Source: Candidatus Bipolaricaulia bacterium
Lineage (GTDB): Bacteria > Bipolaricaulota > Bipolaricaulia > RBG-16-55-9
DNA length: 26,645 nt
Reading direction: 5' to 3'
Assembly (NCBI GenBank): GCA_042219045.1
Contig: JBDGQO010000004.1
Coordinates: 47,778 to 74,422, forward strand
Below, piece by piece: positions 7,078 through 16,492 of the stretch. Under the pieces are notes generated by a model. That model searched no databases, was not told the DNA's origin, and saw only the letters and a list, made by a program, of their open reading frames with translations. Made by a program: the position numbers and the translations under genes. Positions within the stretch are counted from its first letter, which is position 1; every line of letters begins with the position of its first letter.

Positions 7078-10000
7078 TTGATTCGAGGCGATGACATCAC
7101 TCGTATCCGGTTGGGCCTCGCCTCGCCGGAGGAGATTCGCAGCTGGTCCCACGGCGAGGTCACCGAGTCGGAGACGATCAACTACCGCACCCACAAGCCG
7201 GAACGCGGCGGGCTCTATGCCGAGGAGATTTTCGGTCCCGAAAAGGACTACGAGTGCGCGTGTGGCAAATACCGCGGACGGAAGTACGAAGGCATCCGCT
7301 GCGAAAAGTGCAACGTGTTGGTGACCACACGTGAGGTTCGCCGTACCAACATGGGGCACATGGAGTTGGCCAGCCCCGTGGTCCACTTCTGGTATCTCAA
7401 GGGGCTGTCCAACCCGCTGAGCACGCTGCTCGGCATCAAGCGCAACGTGCTCAAGAAGATCGTCTATTACGAGACCGAGCCGGTCCGCGACGAGATCGTC
7501 GTCGTGACCGCCGCGGAGAACGGCTCGCCCACAGCGGGAGATTGGCTCTACAAAACCCAGGCCGAGATCCTGAGCCAGAAGCGCGATTTCACCTCCGAGC
7601 CCGCGTACGAGCTCACCGAGGCGTTCGAGGTGCGGGCTCGCAAGGGCGGCACGGTCTCCTTCGACGAGTTGACCCTCGACAACGGCCAGAAGATGCGCGT
7701 CATCCGTGTCGACGGGGAAGACCACCCCGTTACGCCGGGTGCCATCCTCGAGGTCAAGCCCGACGCCGGGGTCGAGGAGGACGAGATCCTGGCCGTATCG
7801 CCCATGGGCCCCGACGAGCTCGTCTCCGAGAGCCAAGTTGAGTTCCTCAAGTCGGCCTACGACGACATTCAGTTCCAAAAGATCGAGGAGACGGTCGACA
7901 ACCTGATCTTCCTCGTGACTCACGTCGACGACCCCGATCTTCCGTTCGACGTCGGCGATCTGCTGCTGGAGACCGAGCTTCGCGCCTATCAGTCGATCTA
8001 TCCGAAGGGATTCCATGCCGCCTCCGGCGCCGACGGCATCGAAGGGGTCCTGGCCAATCTCGATCTCGATACGTGGGCCCAGGAACTGCGCGACCGCATC
8101 AACAACGAGACGAGCGTGGGCCGTCAGAAACGCCTGTTGAAGCGCCTCGAGGTCGTGGATCAGCTGCGCAAGTCGGGCAATCGGCCGCAGGATCTGGTCC
8201 TGAAGGTCATTCCCGTCATGCCGCCCGAGCTGCGCCCGATCGTGCAGCTTGAGGGCGGCAAGTTCGCCACGACGGATTTGAACGACCTCTACCGACGGAT
8301 CATCAACCGCAACAATCGCCTCGGCAAGCTGCGCGAGATGGGCGCACCCGAGATCATCCTGCGCAACGAAAAGCGCATGTTGCAGGAGGCCGTCGACGCA
8401 CTGATTCACAACGAGAAGAAGGAGAACCAGATCCTCGGGCGCGACAACCGGCCCTTGAAGTCCCTGAGCGAGCGCGTCCAGGGCAAACACGGGCGTCTGC
8501 GACGGAACCTCTTGGGCAAGCGCGTCGACTACTCTGGGCGGGCGGTCATCGTCGTCAACCCGAAGCTGCAGCTGCACCAGTGCGGCATCCCCAAGAAAAT
8601 GGCCTTGGAGCTGTTCAAGCCCTTCATCCTGCGCGAGCTATCGCGCTTGGAAGTGCCCAATATCTCCAACTACGACGAGGTCAAAAACAAGGCGCTTTCC
8701 GGGGATCTGCCGCAAGTCTGGGACATTCTCGATCAGCTTGTCCAGGATCACCCCGTGCTGCTGAACCGGGCGCCGACGCTGCACCGCTTGGGCATTCAGG
8801 GATTTGAGCCCGTGCTCGTCGACGGCGAGGCGATCCAGATCCATCCGTTCGTCTGTCCGCCGTACAACGCCGACTTCGACGGCGACCAGATGGCGGTCCA
8901 CCTGCCGCTGGCGCCCGAGGCGATCCGCGAGACGCGCGAGCGGATGCTCGCCTCGAAGAACATTCTGTCGCCGGCGCACGGCAGCCCGTTGACGGTGCCG
9001 ACGAAGGACTTCGTCTTCGCGTTCTACTACTACACCATGGAGGATCCGGAGGGCCAGGGGGCCGGCAAGGCCTTCAGCTCGATCCGCGAGGCGGATCGGG
9101 CCAACGAGACGGGGGCATTGGCGCTTCACGCGCCGATCAAGATTCGACTCGACGGCGAGATCGTCGACACGACGTTGGGACGGGCCAAGTTCAACCAGCT
9201 GTTGCCCGAGGACCTGCGCGACTACGACAAGACCTACGCCTCCAGCGAGGTGGAGGATCTGTTTATGGCCTGCTACCGCCGCCACGGCAACGATCGCACG
9301 GTCCAGCTTCTGGAGGATCTGAAGGAGCTGGCGCTGGCGACGATGACCCGTTCTGGCCTGACGATCTCCGTCAGCGACGCGCTCATTCCGCCCGACAAAC
9401 AGGACATTCTCCAGGAAGCTCAAGAGCGCGTGGGGAACCTGGAGCAGATGTATGAGCGCGGCTTGGCCACCGACCAGGAGCGGCGTCAGACGAGCATCCA
9501 GGTCTGGATGCAGACCGTCGATCGGATGGAGCAGGCGACGATGGACAACCTGGCCGAGTATCGCTTCAATCCGGTTCGGATGGTCGTGGAATCGGGGGCG
9601 CGCGGCAGCGCCAACCAGGTCAAGCAACTGGCCGGCATGCGCGGTCCGATGTCCGATCCGTCCGGGCGCATTATCGAGCGGCCCGTCGTCTCCAACTTCC
9701 GCGAGGGCCTGAGCGTCACGGAATACTTCATCAGCACGCACGGCGGCCGCAAGGGAACGGCTGACACGGCCCTCAAGACGGCCGAATCCGGCTACCTCAC
9801 CCGGCGATTGGTTGACGTCTCCGAGGAGCTCGTGGTCAAGGAGCCCGATTGCGGCACCCGAGCCGGCATCGAGTTCCATCCCTTGCGCTACAGCCGTGAG
9901 GAGATCATGGAGTCGCTCCAGGAGCGGCTTTACGGCCGCGTCGCCGCCGAGCCGGTCCGCTGGAACGGCGCCACGCTCCTCGAAGCCGGCGAGATGGTCA

Positions 10001-12156
10001 GCGCGGAAGGCGCGCAGGAGCTGGGCAACCTCGCCCAGGATCTATCGGTCGGCGACGATGACTTCGTCGAGCGTGCGGTCGGCACTGTCAGCGTCGAGGA
10101 CGTGCGCGATGCCGAGACGAACACCGTCATCGTGGGCCAGGACGAGCGGGTGTCGCAATACCTGGCGGAGCGACTGCAGGCGTCGAACGTCGAAGAGATC
10201 ACCGTCCGGCCGCAGTTCATCATGCGATCGGTGATGACCTGCGAAACACGGCGCGGCGTCTGTCAGCAGTGCTACGGGCTCGACTTGGCGCGCCACCAGT
10301 CGGTGCCGCTCGGGATGGCGGTGGGCGTCATCGCCGCCCAGTCCATCGGCGAGCCCGGCACGCAGCTGACGATGCGCACGTTCCACACGGGCGGCGTCGT
10401 CGGCGAGGACATCACGCAGGGGCTTCCGCGCGCGGAGGAGCTTTTCGAGGCGCGCAAGTCGATCAAGAGCCCCGAAGGCCAGGTCGCCATGATCAGCGGC
10501 GTCGTGACCAACGTCTATCGCACCGAGGCCGGCTACGAGCAAGTCGACATCCAAGGCGACGAGAAGCGCATCCGCGTGCCGTCCCGGCTCCTGCGAGCCA
10601 AAACCGGCAGCGACGTGGACGCCACCTCGATCATCAGCACGCGCAGCCCCGCTAGCGGCGTCATCTACACCGTGGAGCATCAGGGGCGCCGGACGCTGTA
10701 TCTCTTGGACGAGGACGATCGAGTCTTTGCGCTGCCGCCTGACGTCGAGCCGGCCGTGGAGACCGGCGACTGGGTGGAGGCCGGCCAGGCGCTGTCTGAG
10801 GCCTACAACGAGGAGCCGGCGATCGCCCAGCGCGACGGCACGGTGAGCGATTTTGTCGAAAACGGCGAGCGCTACCTCGTCGTCGAAGACGACGAGGGGC
10901 AATCGTATCAGTACAAGCTGCCCTATGGCGCGCGCAAACAGGTCGAGGTGGGTGACAAAGTCACACAGGGCATGCCGCTGTCAACCCGGTCCACGCCGCA
11001 GTCCATCAAGGCCGAGTCGGCGGGCATGGCCGTCGTGGGTGAGGGAATGGTCATCGTCTACACGCCCGATCCGGAGGGCAAGAAGACCTTCTCGCTCACC
11101 GAAGACATCGCCGTGACACGCGATGAGGGGACCCGCGTCTCCGAGGGTCAAGAGCTCTTCGAGCTGACGATCCCGCTGCACGGCAGCTGCCGCATCGACC
11201 AAGTGGATGAGGTCGAGGACGGGCTCAGCGAGGTGCGTCTCCACTACGAGATGAGCGTCCCGCTGGACAACGCCGTGCGGACCGAGGACGGGCGGGATAC
11301 TTACTTGCCCGCTGCCGTTCGGGTCGGCGACAAGGTCCAGGAGGGCGACCTGCTCTCCAAAGGCGTCACCTCGCCGCATCTGCTGTTGAAGGTCGCCGGC
11401 GTCAACAAGACGCGCGACTATCTGCTGACGGAGATCCACAAGGTCTACAAGAGCCAGGGCGTGGACATCAACGACAAGCACATCGAGCTGATCATCAAGC
11501 AGATGCTCAACAACGTCCGGATCACGGACCCGGGCGACTCGAGCTTCTTCCCCAACCAGCTGGTCATCCTCGAGGAGTTCCGCGAGGAGCTCCGTCGCAT
11601 GGGCGAGGAGAACCGCGCGATCCAGCGCGAGCGCGAGGCGCTCGTCGGCGCGGTGCTATTGGAAGCCTTGGTCAGTTGGGGCGGCGAGACGATCGCGGAA
11701 CAGGGCGCCGAGCTGGGACGTCAGACGCTGCAGACGGCCGTGGACGCCGGGATCGAGCGCGTGACGCTCGACCGCGGCGAGGGCGCCGAGACGGTCCGCG
11801 TCAAGGAGAAGCGCATGCCGGTCGGCGAGCGCGTCTTGCTGCGCATCTCCAAGGCCGCGCTGGAGACGAAGTCCTGGCTCAGCGCTGCGAGCTTCCAGCG
11901 GACGACGACCGTGCTCTCAGAAGCCGCCATGCAGGGCAAGGTCGACGATCTCGAGGGCCTGAAGCCGAACGTGATCACCGGGCGGCTGATCCCCGCCGGT
12001 ACCGGCTTCGGCGTCGACCCGAGCGCGTCGGCGGACGAGAGCGATGAAGCGGCGCAGGATGGGGAAGCTGACGCAACGGAGGAACCCGGCACCGACGGCG
12101 AGTCCCCGGCCGCCGAGGAGGCGAGCGACGCCGAGACGGTGGAAGGGCGGGCATAA
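7078..12156 (+). CDS. rpoC: DNA-directed RNA polymerase beta' subunit
   Basis: Zn ribbon CACG...[16 protein letters not shown], catalytic NADFDGDQ, bridge helix [10 protein letters not shown], trigger loop TMRTFHTGG; start most likely TTG 7078, 5 nt after SD GAGGTGA (alternative GTG 7069). Confidence 0.98.
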   Translation: MIRGDDITRIRLGLASPEEIRSWSHGEVTESETINYRTHKPERGGLYAEEIFGPEKDYECACGKYRGRKYEGIRCEKCNVLVTTREVRRTNMGHMELASPVVHFWYLKGLSNPLSTLLGIKRNVLKKIVYYETEPVRDEIVVVTAAENGSPTAGDWLYKTQAEILSQKRDFTSEPAYELTEAFEVRARKGGTVSFDELTLDNGQKMRVIRVDGEDHPVTPGAILEVKPDAGVEEDEILAVSPMGPDELVSESQVEFLKSAYDDIQFQKIEETVDNLIFLVTHVDDPDLPFDVGDLLLETELRAYQSIYPKGFHAASGADGIEGVLANLDLDTWAQELRDRINNETSVGRQKRLLKRLEVVDQLRKSGNRPQDLVLKVIPVMPPELRPIVQLEGGKFATTDLNDLYRRIINRNNRLGKLREMGAPEIILRNEKRMLQEAVDALIHNEKKENQILGRDNRPLKSLSERVQGKHGRLRRNLLGKRVDYSGRAVIVVNPKLQLHQCGIPKKMALELFKPFILRELSRLEVPNISNYDEVKNKALSGDLPQVWDILDQLVQDHPVLLNRAPTLHRLGIQGFEPVLVDGEAIQIHPFVCPPYNADFDGDQMAVHLPLAPEAIRETRERMLASKNILSPAHGSPLTVPTKDFVFAFYYYTMEDPEGQGAGKAFSSIREADRANETGALALHAPIKIRLDGEIVDTTLGRAKFNQLLPEDLRDYDKTYASSEVEDLFMACYRRHGNDRTVQLLEDLKELALATMTRSGLTISVSDALIPPDKQDILQEAQERVGNLEQMYERGLATDQERRQTSIQVWMQTVDRMEQATMDNLAEYRFNPVRMVVESGARGSANQVKQLAGMRGPMSDPSGRIIERPVVSNFREGLSVTEYFISTHGGRKGTADTALKTAESGYLTRRLVDVSEELVVKEPDCGTRAGIEFHPLRYSREEIMESLQERLYGRVAAEPVRWNGATLLEAGEMVSAEGAQELGNLAQDLSVGDDDFVERAVGTVSVEDVRDAETNTVIVGQDERVSQYLAERLQASNVEEITVRPQFIMRSVMTCETRRGVCQQCYGLDLARHQSVPLGMAVGVIAAQSIGEPGTQLTMRTFHTGGVVGEDITQGLPRAEELFEARKSIKSPEGQVAMISGVVTNVYRTEAGYEQVDIQGDEKRIRVPSRLLRAKTGSDVDATSIISTRSPASGVIYTVEHQGRRTLYLLDEDDRVFALPPDVEPAVETGDWVEAGQALSEAYNEEPAIAQRDGTVSDFVENGERYLVVEDDEGQSYQYKLPYGARKQVEVGDKVTQGMPLSTRSTPQSIKAESAGMAVVGEGMVIVYTPDPEGKKTFSLTEDIAVTRDEGTRVSEGQELFELTIPLHGSCRIDQVDEVEDGLSEVRLHYEMSVPLDNAVRTEDGRDTYLPAAVRVGDKVQEGDLLSKGVTSPHLLLKVAGVNKTRDYLLTEIHKVYKSQGVDINDKHIELIIKQMLNNVRITDPGDSSFFPNQLVILEEFREELRRMGEENRAIQREREALVGAVLLEALVSWGGETIAEQGAELGRQTLQTAVDAGIERVTLDRGEGAETVRVKEKRMPVGERVLLRISKAALETKSWLSAASFQRTTTVLSEAAMQGKVDDLEGLKPNVITGRLIPAGTGFGVDPSASADESDEAAQDGEADATEEPGTDGESPAAEEASDAETVEGRA

Positions 12157-12160
12157 GCGC

Positions 12161-12189
12161 TTGACAGGAGCTGAGGGGTTGTCTATAAT
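12161..12189 (+). promoter_or_regulatory. Consensus sigma70 promoter of the str-S10-spc superoperon
   Basis: TTGACA (12161-12166), 17 nt, TATAAT (12184-12189), 4 nt after the rpoC stop. Confidence 0.9.
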
Positions 12190-12357
12190 AAGCCCGCTCA
12201 GCTCCGCGGGGGCGTCCCGTATTCTTCGCTGTGAGCTTCGCCCGTCTGCGTCCAAGTATCCGCTCGGCGTCAACGCGAGTTCCAGCTTGCACCGTTGGCC
12301 GAGCGTCCCCGGAGCACGCGGGACCGAATAGACCTGAAAAAACGAGGTTGAACCACA

Positions 12358-12729
12358 ATGCCGACGATCAATCAGCTAATTCGGAAGGGCCGTAAGACCG
12401 AAAGCGAGACGAGCAAGTCGCCCTCGCTCGACGGGTGCCCACAGCGGCGCGGCGTCTGCACGCGCGTGTTCACGCGCACGCCGAAGAAGCCGAACTCCGC
12501 CCTGCGCAAGGTCGCCCGAGTGCGGCTGAGCAACGGCAAATACGTGACGGGCTACATCGGCGGCGAGGGCCACAACCTGCAGGAGCACTCCATGGTGCTC
12601 GTGCGGGGCGGCCGCGTGCCGGACCTGCCGGGCGTCCGCTATCACATCGTGCGTGGCGCGTTGGACACGGCCGGCGTTGAGGGCCGCCGCACGAGCCGCA
12701 GCAAGTACGGGACGAGGAAGTCGTCCTGA
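12358..12729 (+). CDS. rpsL: 30S ribosomal protein uS12
   Basis: [40 protein letters not shown]. Confidence 0.98.
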   Translation: MPTINQLIRKGRKTESETSKSPSLDGCPQRRGVCTRVFTRTPKKPNSALRKVARVRLSNGKYVTGYIGGEGHNLQEHSMVLVRGGRVPDLPGVRYHIVRGALDTAGVEGRRTSRSKYGTRKSS

Positions 12730-12759
12730 CAGCGAGATACGAGGGTTTGCGAGACCGCT

Positions 12760-13275
12760 ATGGCCGACTACCAGATTGACCAGACGCTGGAGAAAACGAT
12801 CCCGGGTTCGCGGTACGGGCGCGACGAGCCCCCGTACCTCCACGCGGATCTGCGCTACGGCAGCAAGTTGGTCGAAAAGCTGATCAACTACGTCATGCAG
12901 GATGGGAAGAAGGCGAAAGCCCGCAAGATCGTCTACGAGGCGCTCGACCTCGCCGAGGAGCGGTCGGGCGAACCGGGACTGGAAGTCTTCTACAAGGCGA
13001 TGCGCAACGTCATGCCCAAGCTTGAGACCCGCTCCCGACGCGTAGGGGGCTCTTCGTATCAGGTGCCCTACGAGGTTCCAGACGATCGCCAGAAGACGCT
13101 GGCGTTCCGCTGGATCACGGACGCCATGCGTCAGCGGGGCGAGCGAACCATGGTCGAACGCTTGGCCGCCGAGCTGATGGACGCCGCCGAGGGGCAGGGC
13201 AAGGCATACGACAAGCGCCAGGAATCCCACCGCATGGCGGAGGCCAACCGGGCCTTTGCCCACTATCGCTGGTAA
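12760..13275 (+). CDS. rpsG: 30S ribosomal protein uS7 (N-terminally extended)
   Basis: MQDGKK, SRRVGGSSYQVP, HRMAEANRAFAHYRW. Confidence 0.96.
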   Translation: MADYQIDQTLEKTIPGSRYGRDEPPYLHADLRYGSKLVEKLINYVMQDGKKAKARKIVYEALDLAEERSGEPGLEVFYKAMRNVMPKLETRSRRVGGSSYQVPYEVPDDRQKTLAFRWITDAMRQRGERTMVERLAAELMDAAEGQGKAYDKRQESHRMAEANRAFAHYRW

Positions 13276-13326
13276 GCGTGCGAGGTTAAGAGAGGACCGA
13301 TCTGACTCAACTTTGACGGAGTGTTT

Positions 13327-15447
13327 ATGACACAGGCAACGTTGACCAAGGAAACAGCGAAATTCATCGAGAAACTGCGCAACATCGGGATCGTCGCCCA
13401 CATTGACGCCGGAAAGACGACGACCACCGAGCGGATCCTCTTTTACTCCGGGCGCATCCACGACCTCGGCGACATCGACGAGGGCGACACCGAGATGGAC
13501 TGGATGGACCAGGAGCGCGAGCGGGGGATTACGATCACCTCCGCCGCGACGCTGACGGAGTGGCGGGGCCATCGGATCAACATCATCGACACCCCCGGCC
13601 ACGTCGACTTCACGGCGGAAGTGGAGCGCTCCCTGCGCGTTCTCGACGGCGTCGTCACGGTCTTTTCCGGGGTCGACATGGTGGAGTCGCAGACGGAGAA
13701 GGTCTGGCGCCAGGCCGACAAGTACGACATTCCGCGCATCGCGTACATCAACAAGCTGGATCGTCCCGGCGCGGCGTTCGATCGCACGGTCGAAATGATG
13801 GAGGAACGGCTCGCGACCACTCCGCTGCCGTTGCAGGTTCCCACGGGCGTCGGCGAGGACCTCACGGGCATGATCGACCTCCTCCACATGGAATTGCTCC
13901 TCTGGGACCAGGGCACGAAGGGGCTGGAGTACAGCCGCAACGAGATCCCCGAAGAGCACCGCGAGCGGGCGGAATCGATGCGGACGAAGCTGATCGAGTC
14001 GCTCGCCGAGATCGACGACGACGTCATGGAGAAATACCTGAACGACGAGGAACTCGCCATTGACGAGATCAAAGCGGCAATCCGACGGGTGACGCTCGCC
14101 AACGACGGGGTTCCCGTCTTGGGGGGAACGGCCCTCAAAAACGTCGGCGTTCAACCCATCATCGATGCGATCGTCGACTTCCTCCCCTCCCCGCTCGACC
14201 TCCCGCCAGTCAAAGGCCACGCCACCGCCGAGCCCAGATCCGACGAAGACGGCGCCCCGCAGGAGATTTATCGCCACGCCAGCCCCGAGGATCCACTTAC
14301 TGCGCTGGCTTTCAAGGTTGTCACTGACGAGTACGCGGGCCGACTCGTCTTCGTCCGGATCTACTCCGGACGACTGGAAGAGGGCTCCTACGTCTACAAC
14401 GCCTCCACCGGCAAACGGGAACGAGTCGGGCGCATCTTCCAGATGCACGCGGAGAAACGGGAGCAAGTCGAGTACTTGGAGACGGGAAGCATTGGCGCGC
14501 TCGTCGGGCCCAAAGAGGTCACGACGGGCGATACGCTGTGCGACCCCGATCATCCCATTCTCCTCGAAAAGATCGACTTTCCCGAGCCGGTTATTTTCGC
14601 GGCGGTCGAACCCAAGTCCGACGCCGAAGAGGAGAAGCTCAATCAGGCGCTCGGCAAGCTGGCCCAAGAGGATCCGACGTTCCGCGTCACGGTGGACGAG
14701 GACACCAATCAGACGATTATTGCCGGCATGGGCGAGCTCCATCTGGACATTATCTTCGATCGGCTCCAGCGCGAGTTCAAGACCGAAGCCGCGATGGGCA
14801 GTCCGCAGGTCGCCTACAAGGAAGCCCTCATGGAGCCGGCGGACATCGAGGAGAAGTTTGTCAAACAGACGGGCGGTCGAGGCCAGTTTGCCCACGTCTA
14901 TGTCCAGTTCGAGCCCCTCGAGCGCGGATCGGATTTCGAGTTCGTCAACGAGATTCGCGGCGGCGTCATTCCGCGGGAGTACATCCCGTCCGTGGAGGCG
15001 GGCATCAAGGAGGCGATGGGCAGCGGGCCGCTGGCCGGATATCCCGTCCTCGACCTGAAGGCGACGCTCTACGACGGCTCCTCGCACCCGGTTGACTCCT
15101 CCGAGGGGGCGTTCAAGACGGCCGGCTCGCGAGCCCTGCGGAAGGCGTTCGAGCAAGCCCGGGCGGAGCTGTTGGAACCGATCATGGAGGGCGAGATCGT
15201 CACGCCGACCGAGTACATCGGCGACATCGTCGGCGATCTCCACACGCGCCGAGCCGAGGTCAACGCGTTCGACATCCACGGCAACACCCAGATCATCAAC
15301 GTGGCCATCCCGCTCGCGGAGACGTTCGGCTACGCGACGATCCTGAGGTCCCTGACGCAGGGGCGCGCGACGTATCAGTTCAAGTTCTCGCACTACGACA
15401 TCGTGCCGAGCCACATCAAGGAAGCTGCGTTGGAGGGGAAGGTTTAA
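13327..15447 (+). CDS. fusA: Elongation factor G
   Basis: AHIDAGKTTTTE, RGITI, DTPGHVDF, NKLD, GMGELHL, KQTGGRGQF; ATG 13327 after GGAG (alternative GTG 13321). Confidence 0.98.
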   Translation: MTQATLTKETAKFIEKLRNIGIVAHIDAGKTTTTERILFYSGRIHDLGDIDEGDTEMDWMDQERERGITITSAATLTEWRGHRINIIDTPGHVDFTAEVERSLRVLDGVVTVFSGVDMVESQTEKVWRQADKYDIPRIAYINKLDRPGAAFDRTVEMMEERLATTPLPLQVPTGVGEDLTGMIDLLHMELLLWDQGTKGLEYSRNEIPEEHRERAESMRTKLIESLAEIDDDVMEKYLNDEELAIDEIKAAIRRVTLANDGVPVLGGTALKNVGVQPIIDAIVDFLPSPLDLPPVKGHATAEPRSDEDGAPQEIYRHASPEDPLTALAFKVVTDEYAGRLVFVRIYSGRLEEGSYVYNASTGKRERVGRIFQMHAEKREQVEYLETGSIGALVGPKEVTTGDTLCDPDHPILLEKIDFPEPVIFAAVEPKSDAEEEKLNQALGKLAQEDPTFRVTVDEDTNQTIIAGMGELHLDIIFDRLQREFKTEAAMGSPQVAYKEALMEPADIEEKFVKQTGGRGQFAHVYVQFEPLERGSDFEFVNEIRGGVIPREYIPSVEAGIKEAMGSGPLAGYPVLDLKATLYDGSSHPVDSSEGAFKTAGSRALRKAFEQARAELLEPIMEGEIVTPTEYIGDIVGDLHTRRAEVNAFDIHGNTQIINVAIPLAETFGYATILRSLTQGRATYQFKFSHYDIVPSHIKEAALEGKV

Positions 15448-15532
15448 ATGACGAGGTCGAGGAACCGAGCACGGAGCGCCCAAGGCGCGGGCCGATCGAG
15501 TCTGACCGGAATCGTTCAGGGGGGAGCCCCTC

Positions 15533-15841
15533 ATGGCTCGTGAAAAGATTCGCATTCGGCTCAAGAGCTACGATCACGAGCTCGTGGACGAGGCCATGCG
15601 CCGCATCGTCAAGACAGCGCAGGAGACCCGAGCCAAGATTGCCGGGCCGATCCCGTTGCCGACCGAGATGAAGCACTACACGGTGCTCCGGTCGCCGCAC
15701 GTCAACAAGAAGGCGATGGAGCACTTCGAGCGGCGCATCCATAAGCGATTGCTCGACATCAAGGAGCCGACGTCCGAGACGATCAACGCGCTCATGGACA
15801 TCGAGCTGCCGACGGGCATCGACATCGAGCTGAAGCTCTAA
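15533..15841 (+). CDS. rpsJ: 30S ribosomal protein uS10
   Basis: [35 protein letters not shown]. Confidence 0.97.
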   Translation: MAREKIRIRLKSYDHELVDEAMRRIVKTAQETRAKIAGPIPLPTEMKHYTVLRSPHVNKKAMEHFERRIHKRLLDIKEPTSETINALMDIELPTGIDIELKL

Positions 15842-15859
15842 CGCAGGGAGACGTCGATT

Positions 15860-16492
15860 ATGGCGACAGGAATTCTGGGACGAAAAGTAGGCATGATGCA
15901 GTGGTTCGACGACGAGGGCCGCGCCGTCGGCGCGACGGTCGTCGAGGCCGAGCCGAACGTCGTCGTCCAGGTCAAAGACAGCGACAACGACGGCTATGAG
16001 GCCCTACAGATCGGCTTTGCCGAGGTGGAAGCCAAGAAGGTGAACAAGCCAAAGCACGGCCACTTCGAGAGGGCCGGAGTCGCGCCGCGCCGACATCTGC
16101 GCGAGTTCCCGGCAGACGCGGACGCCGACCACGAAGTCGGCGAGGAGATCGGCGTGGACGCCTTCGAGGTCGGCGAACGGATCGACGTCAGCGGCCTCAC
16201 CAAGGGGAAAGGCTTCCAGGGCGGCATGAAGCGCCACGGCTTCCACGGCGCGGCGGCCAGCCACGGGGAGGGGAAACGCTCCCCGCGACGTCCCGGCTCG
16301 ATCGGCAACATCATGGCCACCGGGAAGGTCTTCAAGGGCAAGAAGATGGCGGGCCGCATGGGCCAACGTCGAGCCACGGTTCAGAAGCTCGAGGTGCTCA
16401 AGGTCGATCCGGAGAAGAACGTGATCGTCCTCAAGGGCGGCGTCCCCGGCCCCCGCGGAGCGGTCTTGGAGCTCTGTAAGCGCGATGGCTAA
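15860..16492 (+). CDS. rplC: 50S ribosomal protein uL3
   Basis: GILGRKVGMMQ, DGYEALQIG, KGKGFQGGMKRH, PGSIG, FKGKKMAG. Confidence 0.97.
   Translation: MATGILGRKVGMMQWFDDEGRAVGATVVEAEPNVVVQVKDSDNDGYEALQIGFAEVEAKKVNKPKHGHFERAGVAPRRHLREFPADADADHEVGEEIGVDAFEVGERIDVSGLTKGKGFQGGMKRHGFHGAAASHGEGKRSPRRPGSIGNIMATGKVFKGKKMAGRMGQRRATVQKLEVLKVDPEKNVIVLKGGVPGPRGAVLELCKRDG

Noticed and set aside
7471..11364. Intein or intron as the cause of the oversized rpoC
   Set aside because: Inserts lack intein termini (C/S...HN) and LAGLIDADG motifs, the frame is continuous, and they resemble native RNAP modules
12376..15564. 1062-aa minus-strand ORF (also 6910-8577, 8638-9879, 23844-25394 and others)
   Set aside because: Antisense shadows of highly expressed high-GC genes; no recognisable motifs and full overlap with essential genes
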